Origin: Octopus sinensis
Taxonomy: Eukaryota
Reading direction: 5' to 3'
DNA: 64,000 bases
Assembly: GCF_006345805.1 (NCBI RefSeq)
Contig: NC_043007.1
Coordinates: 36,766,001-36,830,000, forward strand
Below the pieces are notes generated by a model. It worked only from the letters and a program-made list of their open reading frames with translations. It ran no database searches and was not told the DNA's origin. The stretch's first letter is position 1; each line of letters starts with the position of its first letter. Made by a program: the position numbers and the translations under genes. Shown here piece by piece: positions 1 to 12,336 of the stretch.

Positions 1-212
1 CTCTCAAAGAATCTTACAAACCAAATCCAAAAACGATATATATATATATATATATATATGTACATATATGTACTATAGTAAACTGGCCTTTGTTCTCTAG
101 AATTCATAGGCACTCTTGTTTTAAATTGGCCATTGCTACCCAAAGATAATATATAAATATAAATATATCCAAATTTAGGGGATGGAGTGGATAAATTCTT
201 GTTTCAGTCGTT

Positions 213-390
213 TTATTGTGGCCATGCTGGAGCGCCACCTTTTAGTCGAAGAAAATAATCCCAAGACTTATTCTTTGTAAGCCTGGTGCTTATTGTATCA
301 GAGACTTTTGACAAACCACTAAGTCTCGGGGACAGAAACACACCAACATTGTCAAGCAATGGTGGAGGGAGGGGGAGAACAGGCACAAAG
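213..390 (-). mobile_element. SINE family A, 3' half (split from its 5' half at 743-902 by a nested SINE)
   Basis: Reverse-complement match to the tails of the copies at 5074-5440 and 31167-31543 (ctccagcatggcc...; cttacaaagaataagtc). Confidence 0.8.
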
Positions 391-415
391 TCACACACAT
401 AAATATATATATATA

Positions 416-714
416 TCACTGTGACCGACCAGGCTATCAGATGTTGCTACACATCGCTGGTCACAATGCGCTTTGCATTGTTTTAGCCTTCAAGTGACGG
501 CATCCCGCTGGCTAAGCGAGCAGATCAACAGAAGAAAGAATGAGATAAAGTTGTGGCGAAAGAGCACAGCAGGGATCGCCTCCATCCCCTGCCAGAGCCT
601 CGTAGAGCTTTAGGTGTTTTCGGTCAATAAACACTCACTACGCCCAGTCTGGGAATCGAAACCGCGATCCTACAACCGTGAGTCCGCTGCCCTAACCACT
701 GGGCCATTGCGCCT
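416..714 (-). mobile_element. tRNA-derived SINE family C
   Basis: Minus strand starts with tRNA-like head aggcgcaatggcccagtggttagggcagcggactcac...ggtttcgattcc (A/B box-like); near-identical copy at 43975-44277. Confidence 0.85.
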
Positions 715-742
715 TTACATATATATATATATGTGTGCATAT

Positions 743-902
743 ACGATGGGCTTCTTTTCAGTTTACATCCATCAAATCCACTCACAAGGCTTTTGTTGGC
801 CCAAGGCTATAGTGGAATACACTTGCCTATGGTGCCACGCAATACGACTGAACCCAGAAACATGTGGTTGGAAAGCAAGCTTCTTAACACACAGCCATGC
901 CT
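743..902 (-). mobile_element. SINE family A, 5' half
   Basis: Matches head of 31167-31543 copy in reverse complement. Confidence 0.8.
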
Positions 903-924
903 ATGTATGTATGTATGTATGTAT

Positions 925-1290
925 GTAAGGATAGCAGGATTCCTAAGCAGATGCTCTATGGAGAACTTGTGAATGGAAGGAGACTCCAGCAGAAACCAAG
1001 GCTGCGATTTAAGGACTGTGTCAAGTCCTCATTAAAGGCCTGTGATATGCAGGACACTGACTGGGAGAACAATGCCTGTCATCGCCACAGATGGAGGAAG
1101 CAGGTTAAGGAGGTGATCGACACTTTTGAGAGAGCACGTATCCAGCATGAAGAACTTAAGTGAGCTGCACGAAAGCACACGGCTCGTATAGTGAATGGGG
1201 AAAGCTTGGTCTGCAATATTTGCAGTCGTGTATGCTTGTCAAGAGCAGGGCTCATTAACCACCAATGGAGCCGCAAGTGCAAAATATAAG
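925..1290 (+). mobile_element. RTE-clade LINE ORF2 C-terminal remnant
   Basis: RIPKQMLYGEL...RPRLRFKD-like motif, W..NACHRHRWRK, terminal C2H2-like CNICSRVCLSRAGLINH; in-frame stop; related copy at 15490-15940. Confidence 0.85.
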
Positions 1291-2231
1291 GTAGTCCTAG
1301 AGTGCACAATGTTCCTGAAGGTCGGCAATGGTCTTCCTCGGTCACGAGTGGACAGCCATCATGTATGTTTGTATGCATGTATGTATTTATTGATTCCCTC
1401 CACCTCCCATGGAATGGACTGGAGCAACATGAAATAAAATGTCTTGCTCAATGGCACAATGCACAGCTGGAAATTGAACTCATAACCTCACAATCATGAG
1501 CCAAATATATATACATACACACAAACATATGCATCTAAGTATGTATACTCTTGAGCAAGACACTTTATTTCATGTTACTCCAGTTCACTTAGCTGTAGAA
1601 ATGAGGTTAGCATGCATGGATGACTGCTGGTCTTTCATAAACAACTTTGCCTGGACCTGTGCTTCTGTGGGTAACTCTACTCTCTAGGTGCAATCCCATG
1701 GTCATTCATGAGCAACGGGGGTCTTTATGCTTTTTACATCTACTCTTGGTTTTGTATGTTTATATTTATACATATCTATGCAGGTGTGTGAATGCATGAA
1801 ATTCCAAGTATGAGTAGATATGCTTGTATATTCATGTACACACTCTATTTACATGTATGTCTACATATTTGCAGGTACTTTCATTTATGTGTGAGTATGC
1901 ATGCATACATATTTTTTATTTATTATCAGTCAAATTATTTATTTATTTATTTATTTATTGAATGGTGTAACATGCCTGGCATTTGGAAAATATGCGTTAT
2001 CCACATGATATTGTAATTGTTTTCATCATTTGTTCTAGAACAATCCAGGGAAATACCATTATCACCAATAAACCCTGTTGATTTGAAACCAGTTAGATAA
2101 GTGCCAATGCATGAAATTCTTGGCCCTTGAGTCACTCTGTAACTTCTGCTGATTACAAAAAATATATACACAAACATACACACACATATATACAAATATA
2201 TACATATAAATAGATATATGTATATACATAT

Positions 2232-2278
<47 letters not shown>

Positions 2279-2703
2279 AAGATTGTCATGGCTAACTACC
2301 TTTGATCGTAGTTTTGTTGAACCAAAGTAAAACAACAAAAATACTAATTTAAAAAACGAAGGGAAAACTAAAAGAAAAAAGCAAAAAAAAATAACAAAAA
2401 AAAAACCCCAACAATATCTGAACTTCCATTTCCATCGCTACAAAGAAATATCTGCATTATGGAAAACAAACAAACAAACAAACAAAGATTGGACAGCAAT
2501 AAATATTATTGATGTATCAATTAACTCCACTCTTGGGGTTTTGATGTTTAACCTACACTTTTATTTCAATTGCTGTTGAAACAAAATGTTTGATTTATGT
2601 AAAAGAGATTTCAGTAGGAATAATTTATGTTTACCATAATTTCCCCACTTTTAACTGTTTTTTTTTTTTTAATAATATTTTGTTTTTCTGATACATTATT
2701 TAG

Positions 2704-2796
2704 GACATTACTGAGAATGTTAAGCTGAAAATATTACCTCTCTTATGTGGTGAAAATGAAGTTCCTAACTCTTACTTGTGCAAGCAGGTCTGCCAG
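2704..2796 (+). CDS. Candidate internal exon of an unidentified gene (DITENVKLKILPLLCGENEVPNSYLCKQVCQ)
   Basis: Long pyrimidine tract + tttag acceptor, single open frame, cag|gttaga donor, 93 nt phase 0-0. No homology recognised. Confidence 0.45.
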
Positions 2797-2886
2797 GTTA
2801 GAATTGACCAGGGAGCAAAGCAATAGTATGCATACATAATATAGATGTTGTATATGCATAACATGCACAGACATGCATGTATCTTA

Positions 2887-3235
2887 TTTCTTTATTGCCC
2901 ACAAGGGGCTAAACAAGGACACACAAAGAGTTTAAGTCGATTACATTGACCCCAGTGCGTAACTGGTACTTATTTAATCGACCCTGAAAGGATGAAAAGC
3001 TAAGTCGATCTCGGTGGAATTTGAACTCAGAATGTAAAGACAGACAAAATACCTATTTCTTTACTACCCACAAGGGGCTAAACACAGAGAAGACAAACAA
3101 GGAGAGTCAAACAGATTAAATCGATTATATCGACCCCAGTGCGTAACTGATACTTATTTAATTGACCCCGAAAGGATGAAAGGCTAAGTCAACCTTGGTG
3201 GAATTTGAACTCAGAATGTAAAGACAGACCATTAA
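2887..3235 (-). mobile_element. SINE family B, tandem dimer
   Basis: Two adjacent units with cccacaaggggctaaac...gatgaaaag...tttgaactcagaatg; same family at 17.5-20 kb, 28.9, 55.3, 58.3 kb. Confidence 0.85.
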
Positions 3236-3334
3236 GCATGTATCTTTGAAAACCTCCTTTATCATGGTTGTCTGTTCAGCCTTGGTGTTGCAAGCAGAGT
3301 AGTTGGTGTCTTTCTCAACCATGCCCCACACTCA

Positions 3335-3790
3335 GTAAATATCAAACTTCTTTACGAGTCCAAGACATTTTAAGTGATTTTCAATTGTGTGTGATACATT
3401 TAATCTCTCTGCTATCTCTTGCACAGTTATGTGACAATCAGATTTAATTATGGCTTTGATTCAGTCATCATCAACTTCAGTAGGTCGACCAGAACATTGG
3501 TCATCTTTCAGTGAAAAATCTCCACAACGGAATTTTTTAAACCATTTCTGATATGTGTGTTCTGTTAAGCAATCAACACCATAAACTTCACAAGTCTCTT
3601 TGTGAGTCACAGCAGCTTTCATGCCTTTACAGAAATAAAAAAGCAAAATATGGCGAAAATGTTCATTTTTGCACTCCATGATAAAATTGACACTGAACAG
3701 CTATAAACAAAATTATGTGCAATTTGCTTCTAAAGTAAGCTAAAAGTAATGGCTATCAATTGTCAAAAGGAAAAAATCATAACATTGACA
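3335..3790 (-). mobile_element. Mariner transposase N-terminal (HTH) remnant
   Basis: MECKNEHFRHILLFYF..KG.KAA....I CEVYG...QKWFKKFRCGDFSLKD..SGRPTEVDDD, continuing with stops/frameshifts to KCLGLVKKFDI; typical mariner/SETMAR-type HTH. Confidence 0.9.
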
Positions 3791-3872
3791 AAAGTAGCCT
3801 CCCAGTGTGCCACCCCAGTAAAAACATCCAACCCGTGCCAGCATGGACAATGGACATTTGATGATGATGATG

Positions 3873-3903
<31 letters not shown>

Positions 3904-3970
3904 TATTGTTGCCATCAGCAGAATTTCATAAACTTTTGAGAAAGCATGAAAAAAGTCTCTTTTTGAACAG

Positions 3971-4007
3971 TGGATCTTGAAGCACATAAAGCTAAAAATA
4001 ATAGCAG
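3971..4007 (+). CDS. Candidate 37-nt exon of the same unidentified gene
   Basis: ctctttttgaacag acceptor, strong gcag|gtaagt donor; two frames open (WILKHIKLKIIA or DLEAHKAKNNS). Confidence 0.4.
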
Positions 4008-4129
4008 GTAAGTGTTGGGTTAATAACAGCCTCTGACTTTTCTGTCCAAAATGGTTTTTCAACCTAGGATTTACATACTATTATTATATAGCTACGTGAG
4101 CCTTGAAATTCAGTTCCAATAACCATAAA

Positions 4130-4365
4130 AGCACACACTGCTACTAAAAGCATCCATGCTGATGCCATGTAAAAGTATCTGTGCTAGTGACATATAAAAA
4201 GCACCCAGTACACTCTGTAAAGTGGTTGGCATTAGGAAGGGCATCCAGCTGTAGGAACCAAGCCACAACAGAGAAATGAAGCCTGGTGTAGCTCTCCACC
4301 TGGCCAGCTCCTGTCAAACCATCGAACTCATACCAGCATCGAGAATGGATTTTAAATTATGATGA
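4130..4365 (+). mobile_element. RTE-type LINE 3' UTR fragment
   Basis: aaaagcacccagtacactctgtaaagtggttggcattaggaagggcatccagctgta ... (gat)n tail, shared with 6205-6805. Confidence 0.7.
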
Positions 4366-4815
4366 TGGTACACACTATATTAAACACACACATATGTATG
4401 AATATATTTGTCTCCATAGCATTACTTAACCTTTCTTTCTCTCTCTCACACACACAAACATATATAACACATTGCTTTTTGGAGGTTATCAACTTTTCTC
4501 TTACTGGCAGAAGTGATAAATGAACCTTATATACGGTTGACTAGTCCGATAATTCATTTTCTCCACAAGACATGTATTCACCTGGTGTCTAAGGAGGTAG
4601 ATAGGAAAACTAGAACAATGAGGTTAAGCTTCATCCATTGTCAAACTCTCACTCACAATTAACACTAAACTCAATGTGGTTCATATTACTAACAAATATG
4701 TGTTCAATGCCCAATGTTGTCACTGAACAGGTTGTGTATTCTACAGGTGTTCTTATATACAATCTTGTATACTTATTCTTTTTATTGTCCTTTTCTATCA
4801 TTTTACTTCAACTAG

Positions 4816-4873
4816 CCAGTCTCTATTCAATGATGTTGAGATGATGGTTTCAAGGATTTTAAATTTATCATAG
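4816..4873 (+). CDS. Candidate terminal exon of the unidentified gene
   Basis: Strong pyrimidine tract ending caactag; phase 1 gives ASLYSMMLR* (stop 4844), phase 2 gives SQSLFNDVEMMVSRILNLS* (stop 4873); both compatible with the 3971-4007 exon. Confidence 0.4.
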
Positions 4874-5073
4874 ATGCAGGAGTGGCTAGGTTCTACCCCG
4901 ATGGCTGGGTTCCTTGCCCTACTATGTAACATTAAATTTGTTAACTTTCATTGAAATTTTTACCTATCATATTGTTAATTTTTAAAACGTTTTAAGCTAC
5001 TTCGCTCTATATGTTTGTCTGTCCTTGTATGTCCCCTCTATGTAACGCCTTAATGGCGAATTTTCATGAAATA

Positions 5074-5440
5074 AAGTAACTTGCTTACCAACCACATGGT
5101 TCCGGGTTCAGTCCCACTACGTGGCATCTTGGGGAAGTGTCTTCTACTATAGCCTTGAGTTGACCAAAGTCTTGTGAGTGAATTTGGTAGACGGAAACTG
5201 AAAGTAGCCCGTTGATATATGTATATGTATATGTGTGTGTGTGTGTTTGTGTTTGTCCCCCCAACATCGCTTGACAACCGATGGTGGTATGTTTACGTCC
5301 CCGTAACTTAGCGGTTCAGCAAAAGAGACCAATAGAATAAGTACCAGGCTTACAAAGAATAAGTCCTGGGATCGATTTGTTCGACTAAAGGTGGTGCTCC
5401 AGCATGGCTGCAGTCAAATGACTGAAACAAGTAAAAGAGA
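5074..5440 (+). mobile_element. SINE family A, near full length
   Basis: Head ttgcttaccaaccacatggttccgggttcagtccc, central (TA)/(TG) microsatellite, tail aaacaagtaaaagag. Confidence 0.85.
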
Positions 5441-6204
5441 GGAAAAGAAAGAGATGGACCTGATAATTATTTTAGTCTGGTGCTTATTTCATTGATTTAT
5501 ATTTGTTGAACTACTAAGTTCTGCTAAGTCACGAGGGTTAAAGAAATAGAACAAAGTACATTGTTGTTTTTTTTTTAGACCAGTGTAAACAGATACACAA
5601 ACACACACATACATTTGACAGCTTCTGCACAGTTTCCATGTATTAAATTCATCATCATCGTCATCATCATTTAATGTCCGCTTTCCATGCTTGCATGGGT
5701 TGAACGATTTGACTGAGGACTGGCGAACCAGATGGCTGCGCCAGGCTCCAATCTGATCTGGCAGAGTTTCTACAGTTGGATGCCCTTCTTAATGCCAGTT
5801 CAACAAATTCACTCACTAAAAGTATTAGTCAATCTCTCGTTATAGTAGAATTTGCCAAAGTCTGGGCATAGTGGTACCAAACCAGAAATCAAGTAGTTGC
5901 TAAGCAAATTTCGTATAGACATAGCCATACAAATGCCTGCCTATGTATGTGTGTGTGTGTGTGTATTATCTAGCCAATCGTCCACTTTCTCTTTCTATAT
6001 ATATAAAGTGTAGAGACCCCTTTGGTCAAGAATGGCCGTGGGATTGCACTGAGAAAATTACCCTCTGAGGTACAAGTCCAGGCAAAGTTGTTTATGGAAG
6101 ACCAGCACTCCCCCATGCATACCAGCCTTCCCTCTCCATGCCACTGATGTTATCCAAGGCAAAGGCTGATACAGATTGGTGCTAGTGATGTTGCAACCCA
6201 TTTC

Positions 6205-6805
6205 TTACATGCTGTGCTTGAGAAGACTCGGCAAGCTCAAATGAGACAATAACCTTGTGGCCTATGCCAGGGGTGTAACCAGCCCATTTATGTGTAACTT
6301 TCTTTCATTGGACACTAAACTCTGCTTGCAAAGACCTGTTGAAGCAAGTGAAATCGAAATTGAAATCAAATTCAATGACTGGCATTCGTGCTAGTGGAGT
6401 ACTAAGAGTACCATATAAGTGTGATCGTTGCCAGAGCAACAAGCTGGCCTCCGTGCTGGTGGCACATAAAAAACATCATTCTAGCATGATCATTACGTGT
6501 GTCGCCTTACTGGTACTTATGCTGGTGGCACATGAAAAAACATTTGAGCGAGGTCGTTGCCAGTGCCGCTGGACTGGCTCCAGTGCAGGTGGCACATAAA
6601 AAGCACCATTTGAGCATGGCCGTTGCCAGTACCACCTGACTACACTCTCGGAGTGGTTGGCATTAAGAAGAGCATCCAGCTGTAGAAACTCTGCCAGATC
6701 AGATTGGAGTCTGGTGCAGCCATCTCGTTTGCCAGACCTCAGTCAAATTGTTCAACCCATGCTAGCATGGAAAGTGGGCGTTAAACGATGATGATAATGA
6801 TGATG
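6205..6805 (+). mobile_element. 5'-truncated RTE-type LINE end (ORF stop region + long 3' UTR with internal ggtggcac..aaaaagcacc subrepeats)
   Basis: Begins HAVLEKTRQ-like, matching the ORF end of the RTE fragment at 54.9-55.0 kb; ends (gat)n. Copies at 7996, 9150, 30165, 33290. Confidence 0.75.
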
Positions 6806-7791
6806 AGTGAACTGAAGCAACGTGAAATAAAGTGTCTTGCTCAAGAACACAACACACAGCCCAGTCCAGGAATCGAACTCACTACCTCATGATTGTAAGC
6901 CCGACGCTCTAACCACTGATCTATGCACCTTCACGTGTGTATGTGTACATATCATCATCATTTTAATGTTCATTTTTCCATGATTGCGTGGGTTGGACAG
7001 AATTCATTGAGGCAGATTCTTTATGACAGGATGCTTTTCTGGTCACCAACCATCACCTATTATCCCGTGGTTGGATATGTTTTCACAGAAAATTGAAAAT
7101 GAAGGACATCTCTTGAGTGATAGTGATGCTTGTTTACAATTATCACACAAAATCTAGACAGACACATACACACTCTCTCACACACACACATACACTCTCT
7201 CTCTTTCTCACACATACACAGCTTTTTTCAATTTCTACTAATCAAATCTACTCACAAGGAGCTTAGAGTAGAAGACATTTGCCCAAGGTGCCACTCAGTG
7301 GGACTGAACCTAAAATCATGTGGTTGAGAAGTAAATTTTTAAACCATACTGCCATGTCTAAGTCCATGTGTTTGTGTGTGTAAAAAGCTTCTTGTAAACT
7401 GAATCTGTGATCCAGTTTCATTTTCTATTGCAACCAATCTCATTCATTTCACTTACAACACCAATGCTCACTACACAGGCAAGGCATAAACATCACAACT
7501 TCTGTTTCTGTTCTACCAAATAACAGCCTGCCTGATTGTTTTATGAGAGAAACAAAAATTCCCAGCTCTCCTGCATAACCATGACCCTTTTTTTTTCTCT
7601 TCAGTGTCTCACAGAATGTACAAAAGAGCACAACATGGGGATAACTTGATACATCAGAGTTCAAAGAATATCAAATTATCCTTGACCTAACTTCTCACTT
7701 GTCTCTCATACTTAAAGCATTGCTATCAAAAGTTGACATGGATAATGTTGCAGTTTGGGAAACTTCAATTATTCAATCCTTGAAATGAGAA

Positions 7792-8927
7792 TTAACCCTT
7801 TTGATACCAACCCGCCTGACACACCACTTAGTCCTACAGCACGAACTTTCTGTTTTAAAGTTATCTAAATTCAAACTTTCTGTTAAAAATTTTATGTTAA
7901 TTTATGCCAAACATCAGCTTAACAGTGACAAAGTTATATCACTAAATTCTTTGTTATTTTTAAAATTAATTCAAGCAAATGCAGTGTATTTCAACTAGCA
8001 AGCCAAGTGAGACCATAACCTTGTGGCCTATGCCAGGGGTGTAATCAGCCCACTTATGCGTATTTTTCCTTTATTGGACATAAAACTCTGCTTGTTGAGG
8101 CAAGGGAAATCGAAATCAAATTCAATGACTGGCATCCGTGCTAGTGCAGTGCTAAGAGCACCATCCAAGTGTGATCATTGCCAGAGCAGCTAACTGGGTT
8201 CCGTGCTGGTGCACGTAAAAAGCACCATTCAAGCATGATCATTACTAGCGACGCCTTACTAGCACTTGTGCCAGTGGCACATGATAGAACATTTGAGCGA
8301 GGTCATTGTCAGTGCCGCTGAACTGGCTCCTGTGCAGGTGGCATGTAAAAAACACCATTTGAGCATAGCCGTTGCCAGTACCGCCCGACTGGCCCTTGTG
8401 CCGGTGACATGTAAAAGCACCCACTAAACTCTCGGAGTGGTTGGTGTTAGGAAAGGCATCCAGCTGTAGAAACTCCTGCCAGATCAGATTGGAGCCTGGT
8501 GCAGCCATCTAGTTCACCAGTCCTCAGTCAAATCGTCCAACCCATGCTAGCATGGAAAGCGGACATTAAACAATGATGATATGGTAACAAAAGTGTTAAA
8601 GTGATTTAAGTTATAAGCCTTTCATCAAAATTTCCTGACAAATTATGTTTCGAACCTCAGTTTAATAATGACCAAGTTATTTAATGACATTTTTCATTAT
8701 TTTCAAAATTAATAGACACAAAGACAGTGTATTTCAACAGAAATATGGTGATAAAAGGGTTAAAGTGATTTTAAGTAAAAACCTCCCATTGAAATTTCAT
8801 GTTAGTTTATGTCCCAAAACACCACATGAAAAATGACTATGTTATTTTGCCAACTTCTTCAATATTTTCAAAATTAATGAAAAAACAGGCATGTATTTCA
8901 ACAGAAATATGGTAACAAAAGGGTTAA
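7792..8927. mobile_element. piggyBac-like non-autonomous element with tandemly repeated 164-bp right end, interrupted by an RTE 3' UTR
   Basis: TTAA|CCCTTTTGATACC left end; right-end motif GGT(A/G)A(C/T)AAAAG(G/T)G|TTAA ending at 8599, 8763, 8927. Confidence 0.75.
7996..8580 (+). mobile_element. RTE-type LINE 3' UTR inserted in the MITE
   Basis: Closely matches 6230-6805; ends aacaatgatgat. Confidence 0.8.
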
Positions 8928-9149
8928 AGTGATCTAAATATTTTATCTGTTTTATGCAGTGCACCTGTTTCTGTCTTCATTCCTGATCTCTCTCTCTCTC
9001 TCTCTTTGGCTGGGTAATCTTATAACTCCTCTACAGCAAGCAAGACACCTGTTTCTGTCTTTCTCACTATAAGCTTTTCATCATCTGACACAAGAACGCC
9101 TCCTCCCCTCTTGAAAGTTTTTTTTTTTTGTTTTGCAAGTACTTGGGGA

Positions 9150-9450
9150 TCCTGTCAGTGAAGGTACCACTTAAAAAGCATCCAGTCCACACTGTAAAGT
9201 GGTTGGTGTTTGGAAGGGCATCCAGCTGTAAAAACCCTTGCCAAAACTGACTTCGCCTGTGCTTGTGCCACATAAAAAGTACTGAGTTGACTCTGCAGAA
9301 TGGTTGGTGTTAGGAAGAGCATTCAGCTGTAAAAATCCTGCCAAAACAGTTGCAGAAGTCTGGTGCAGGATTCTTCCTGGCCAGCTCTTGTCTAACTGTC
9401 CCACCCATGCCAACATGGAAAGCAGATGTTAAACAATGATGATGATGATA
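9150..9450 (+). mobile_element. RTE-type 3' UTR fragment (two subunits)
   Basis: Duplicated gtggttggtgtt(t/a)ggaag(g/a)gcat(c/t)cagctgtaaaaa; (gat)n tail. Confidence 0.7.
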
Positions 9451-9624
9451 AACATTATATTTGACAGAGTAATCTAAATGCTAAAGGATCAAAGTGATCT
9501 AAATTAAAATCTGCCAAAATGACTTTGCTTTCCCCCTTTTTTTCCTTGTCGTCCTGCGGGTATCTTTAAAGGAATCCTTGTGCTCATCTATCGCAGTGAC
9601 AAGAGAAGAGTCTGCCATACAGCA

Positions 9625-10210
9625 CAATCTTGGTAAGTCGATTCTCCACTTACCTAGAGTGCACCATTTCACTGGATTCCAAAATTGTCAAGGAAGTTGA
9701 TAACAGACTGACTAAGGCAAACGGTGCATTTGGCAGATTATACATAAGAGTCTGGAACAATAGTTATCTGAAGAAAGAGACCAAGAGCAGTGTATACAGA
9801 GCTGTTGTTCTGACCACTCTTTTATATGATTGATATGTAAATCAAGCAGGAATGGAAAAAGAATGAAATGATAACCTTAGCCTGGGAAAAGTTCAGAGAG
9901 CTCTTACCTCTGCCGGTGACAAAGGGCCTCTCGCCCAGAGTAAAAGGTGGACTGTATGATGCATGCATATGAACAGCCGTGCTACATGGTAGTGAAACAT
10001 AGGCCGTGACTGATGAGGACATGCGTAAGCTCGCAAGGAACAAAGCCAGTGTGATCTGATGGATGTGTAATGTCAGTGTGCATACTCAGCAGAGTGTAAG
10101 TACCTTGAGAGAAAAGTAGGACCTAAGAAGCATCAGATGTGGTGTGCAAGAGAGACGACTGCATGGGTATGGTTATGTGGTGAGAATGGATGAGGATAGC
10201 TGTGTGATAT
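9625..10210 (+). mobile_element. Two adjacent RTE-clade ORF2 fragments
   Basis: F.YL..TIS.D..I.KEVDNRL.KANGAFGRL...VW..........K..VYRAVVLTTLLY, then WEKFRELLPL...GLS.RVKG.LYDAC..AVLHGSET with stops. Confidence 0.85.
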
Positions 10211-10681
10211 AATATCCATTTTAGAAAGATAGTGAAAAATACCCTCAGAGTCCTCAACTGTTGGGGGTGAAAATAAGGAGTTAGGATGTTTACCTCAAAA
10301 GTCTATACGAATTTATGTAGTAAACAAAATAATTTTACTAAATTCTTTCTTGTTTTCCAAATGAATTGAAACAAAAGCAGTGCATTTCAATAGAAATTTA
10401 GTAATGAAAGGGTGAAATACATGCTAGAAACTATGTCACAGAGAGATTCACATGGACCTAGGCAGTACAATGTCAATTTGTTTTCACCACTAATAATATA
10501 ACTTTAATTAAAATTTCTTAACTTACTACTATCATGCATAACAGCATTCATCATCATCATTATTTAATGTCTGTTGTCCATGCTGGCATGGGTTGGACAC
10601 ATACATATACAATGTGTTTGGACTAAATTTAATTATTTTTTTATGACTCTTTTTGTTCAAGAACAGCTTGATGTATTAACT

Positions 10682-10866
10682 CTCTTTTACTTGTTTTAGT
10701 CATTTGACTGTGGCCATGCTGGAGCACCACCTTTAGTTGAGCACATCGACCCCAGGACTTATTCTTTGTAAACCTAGTACTTATTCTATCGGTCTCTTAT
10801 GCCGAACCGCTAAGTTACGGGGACGTAAACACACCAGCTTCAGTTGTCAAGTGGGAGGACAAACAG

Positions 10867-10917
<51 letters not shown>

Positions 10918-11040
10918 TACGACGGGCTTCTTTCAGTTTCTGTCTACCAAATCCACTCACAAGGCTCTGGTTTGCCCGAGGCTATAGTAGAAGACATTTG
11001 CCCATGGTCCATGCAATGGGACTGAACCCAGAACCATGTG
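10682..11040 (-). mobile_element. SINE family A
   Basis: Reverse complement of 5074-5440 family. Confidence 0.85.
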
Positions 11041-11327
11041 TATTCACACGCACACATGTCGATATATGTGCATGTATATATATATATATGCACATACATG
11101 TACATATTATGCACATACAATAAGCTCCAGCATAGTACTAAATCCAGCTACTAAATTCCACACTCAAGAGTTTGGTTAATCATAGGATACAGTAGTAAAA
11201 AAAATAATAAAAAAACACAAATAGCTGCACAGATGGATCAAATAAAATAGATCCATGTGATAGCAAAGTTACATTCTTGACCATACAGCTAGGTCTGTGT
11301 GAGTGCTTATTGTTTACGTTAGCACCT

Positions 11328-11764
11328 GTTACGGAAAGACTTCCTCCAGTCCTCCTCCCTCCCCCGCACCATTTCCTCGCAAATTAGTTTAAAAAAATTT
11401 TTTTGCTAAAAACCCACGTTTTCGGATACGGAGATTCCGGAACATTGCCAAAAATAGGAATTTTGAAATTTTTGGCCCACCCCCCACAAATTTCTTCCCT
11501 TTTCATTTTTTTCCGTAAACCTAACCTAAATAGAAATATTTTTGGAAATTTTTTTTCAGAATCATAATCTCCGTATTTTTCTGCATATTTTGAAAGAAAA
11601 ATTTCTGAAAAAAAGTTAAAAATGAAGAATTTTTTGTGGGGAGGGGGGTAATTTCAAAATGCCGATTTTTGCCAATTTATTTGCAGATTGTGTAGGGAAA
11701 AAAAAATTTGAAAGGTTGTTTTTGGTGGTAGTGGGGTTACAAAAAGAAGTCTTGCCCATGTTAC
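11328..11764. mobile_element. Fold-back/MITE-like element with long imperfect inverted arms
   Basis: gccaaaaataggaattttgaaatt..cccccacaaatttcttc vs its inverse gaagaattttttgtggga..aatttcaaaatgccgatttttgcc; outer aagacttc/gaagtctt. Confidence 0.55.
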
Positions 11765-12336
11765 TCCCAAGTTAAATTTAATTCAGCAAATCAAAGATGT
11801 CCCAGTCGTGTCCTTCCCAAGTAGAGCACCTTTTCGATGTTTAATTTTGGAAACTTAGTTACTATTCCTCACAACTGGAACGACCTCATACATTCGTACA
11901 TGCTCTCTCGTTGCCTCTGTTGCATAAAAATTTTACTTTTCGCAACATTTATGATACAAAACCACATTAAAACACAAATCTCAAACCGAAGAAAACACAA
12001 ACATGAGCGAAGAAAGAAAAAAAAAGAACTCTTTTGGGGGGGTTTGTATTTTAATGAGGTTTTGTGTTAGGTATATGTATGATATATATGTGTTAAATAT
12101 GTAATTATTATCTCTGTTGGTAAATAACAAGTGACATTTATCTGTGGGTAATTCAACGTGGACACTTGACCTCTTCTAGAAATAACAGCTAAATCTTCGC
12201 CATTTTACACCCATCTGAAAATACATTACAAAGTGTGGTGTTGAATATACAGGCGAACGGAATTGCTTTCGCTTATTCACGAGGGAAAGGGTACGGAATT
12301 ATGACCGGGAATATGATAAAAAATTTTAATTGGTAC

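Noticed and set aside
416-714. tRNA-like heads of SINE families C and D (also 16322, 43695, 44200)
   Set aside because: A/B-box-like motifs run straight into SINE bodies with no acceptor-stem closure; not genuine tRNA genes.
7411-7790. Protein-like frame (FIFYCNQSHSFHLQ...; DTSEFKEYQIILDL...) with acceptor-like sites at 7415 and 7604, and a minus-strand GTAAGT at 7455
   Set aside because: Three stops interrupt the frame, no consistent exon chain, no recognised homology; could be an alternative last exon or pseudogene but is unsupported.
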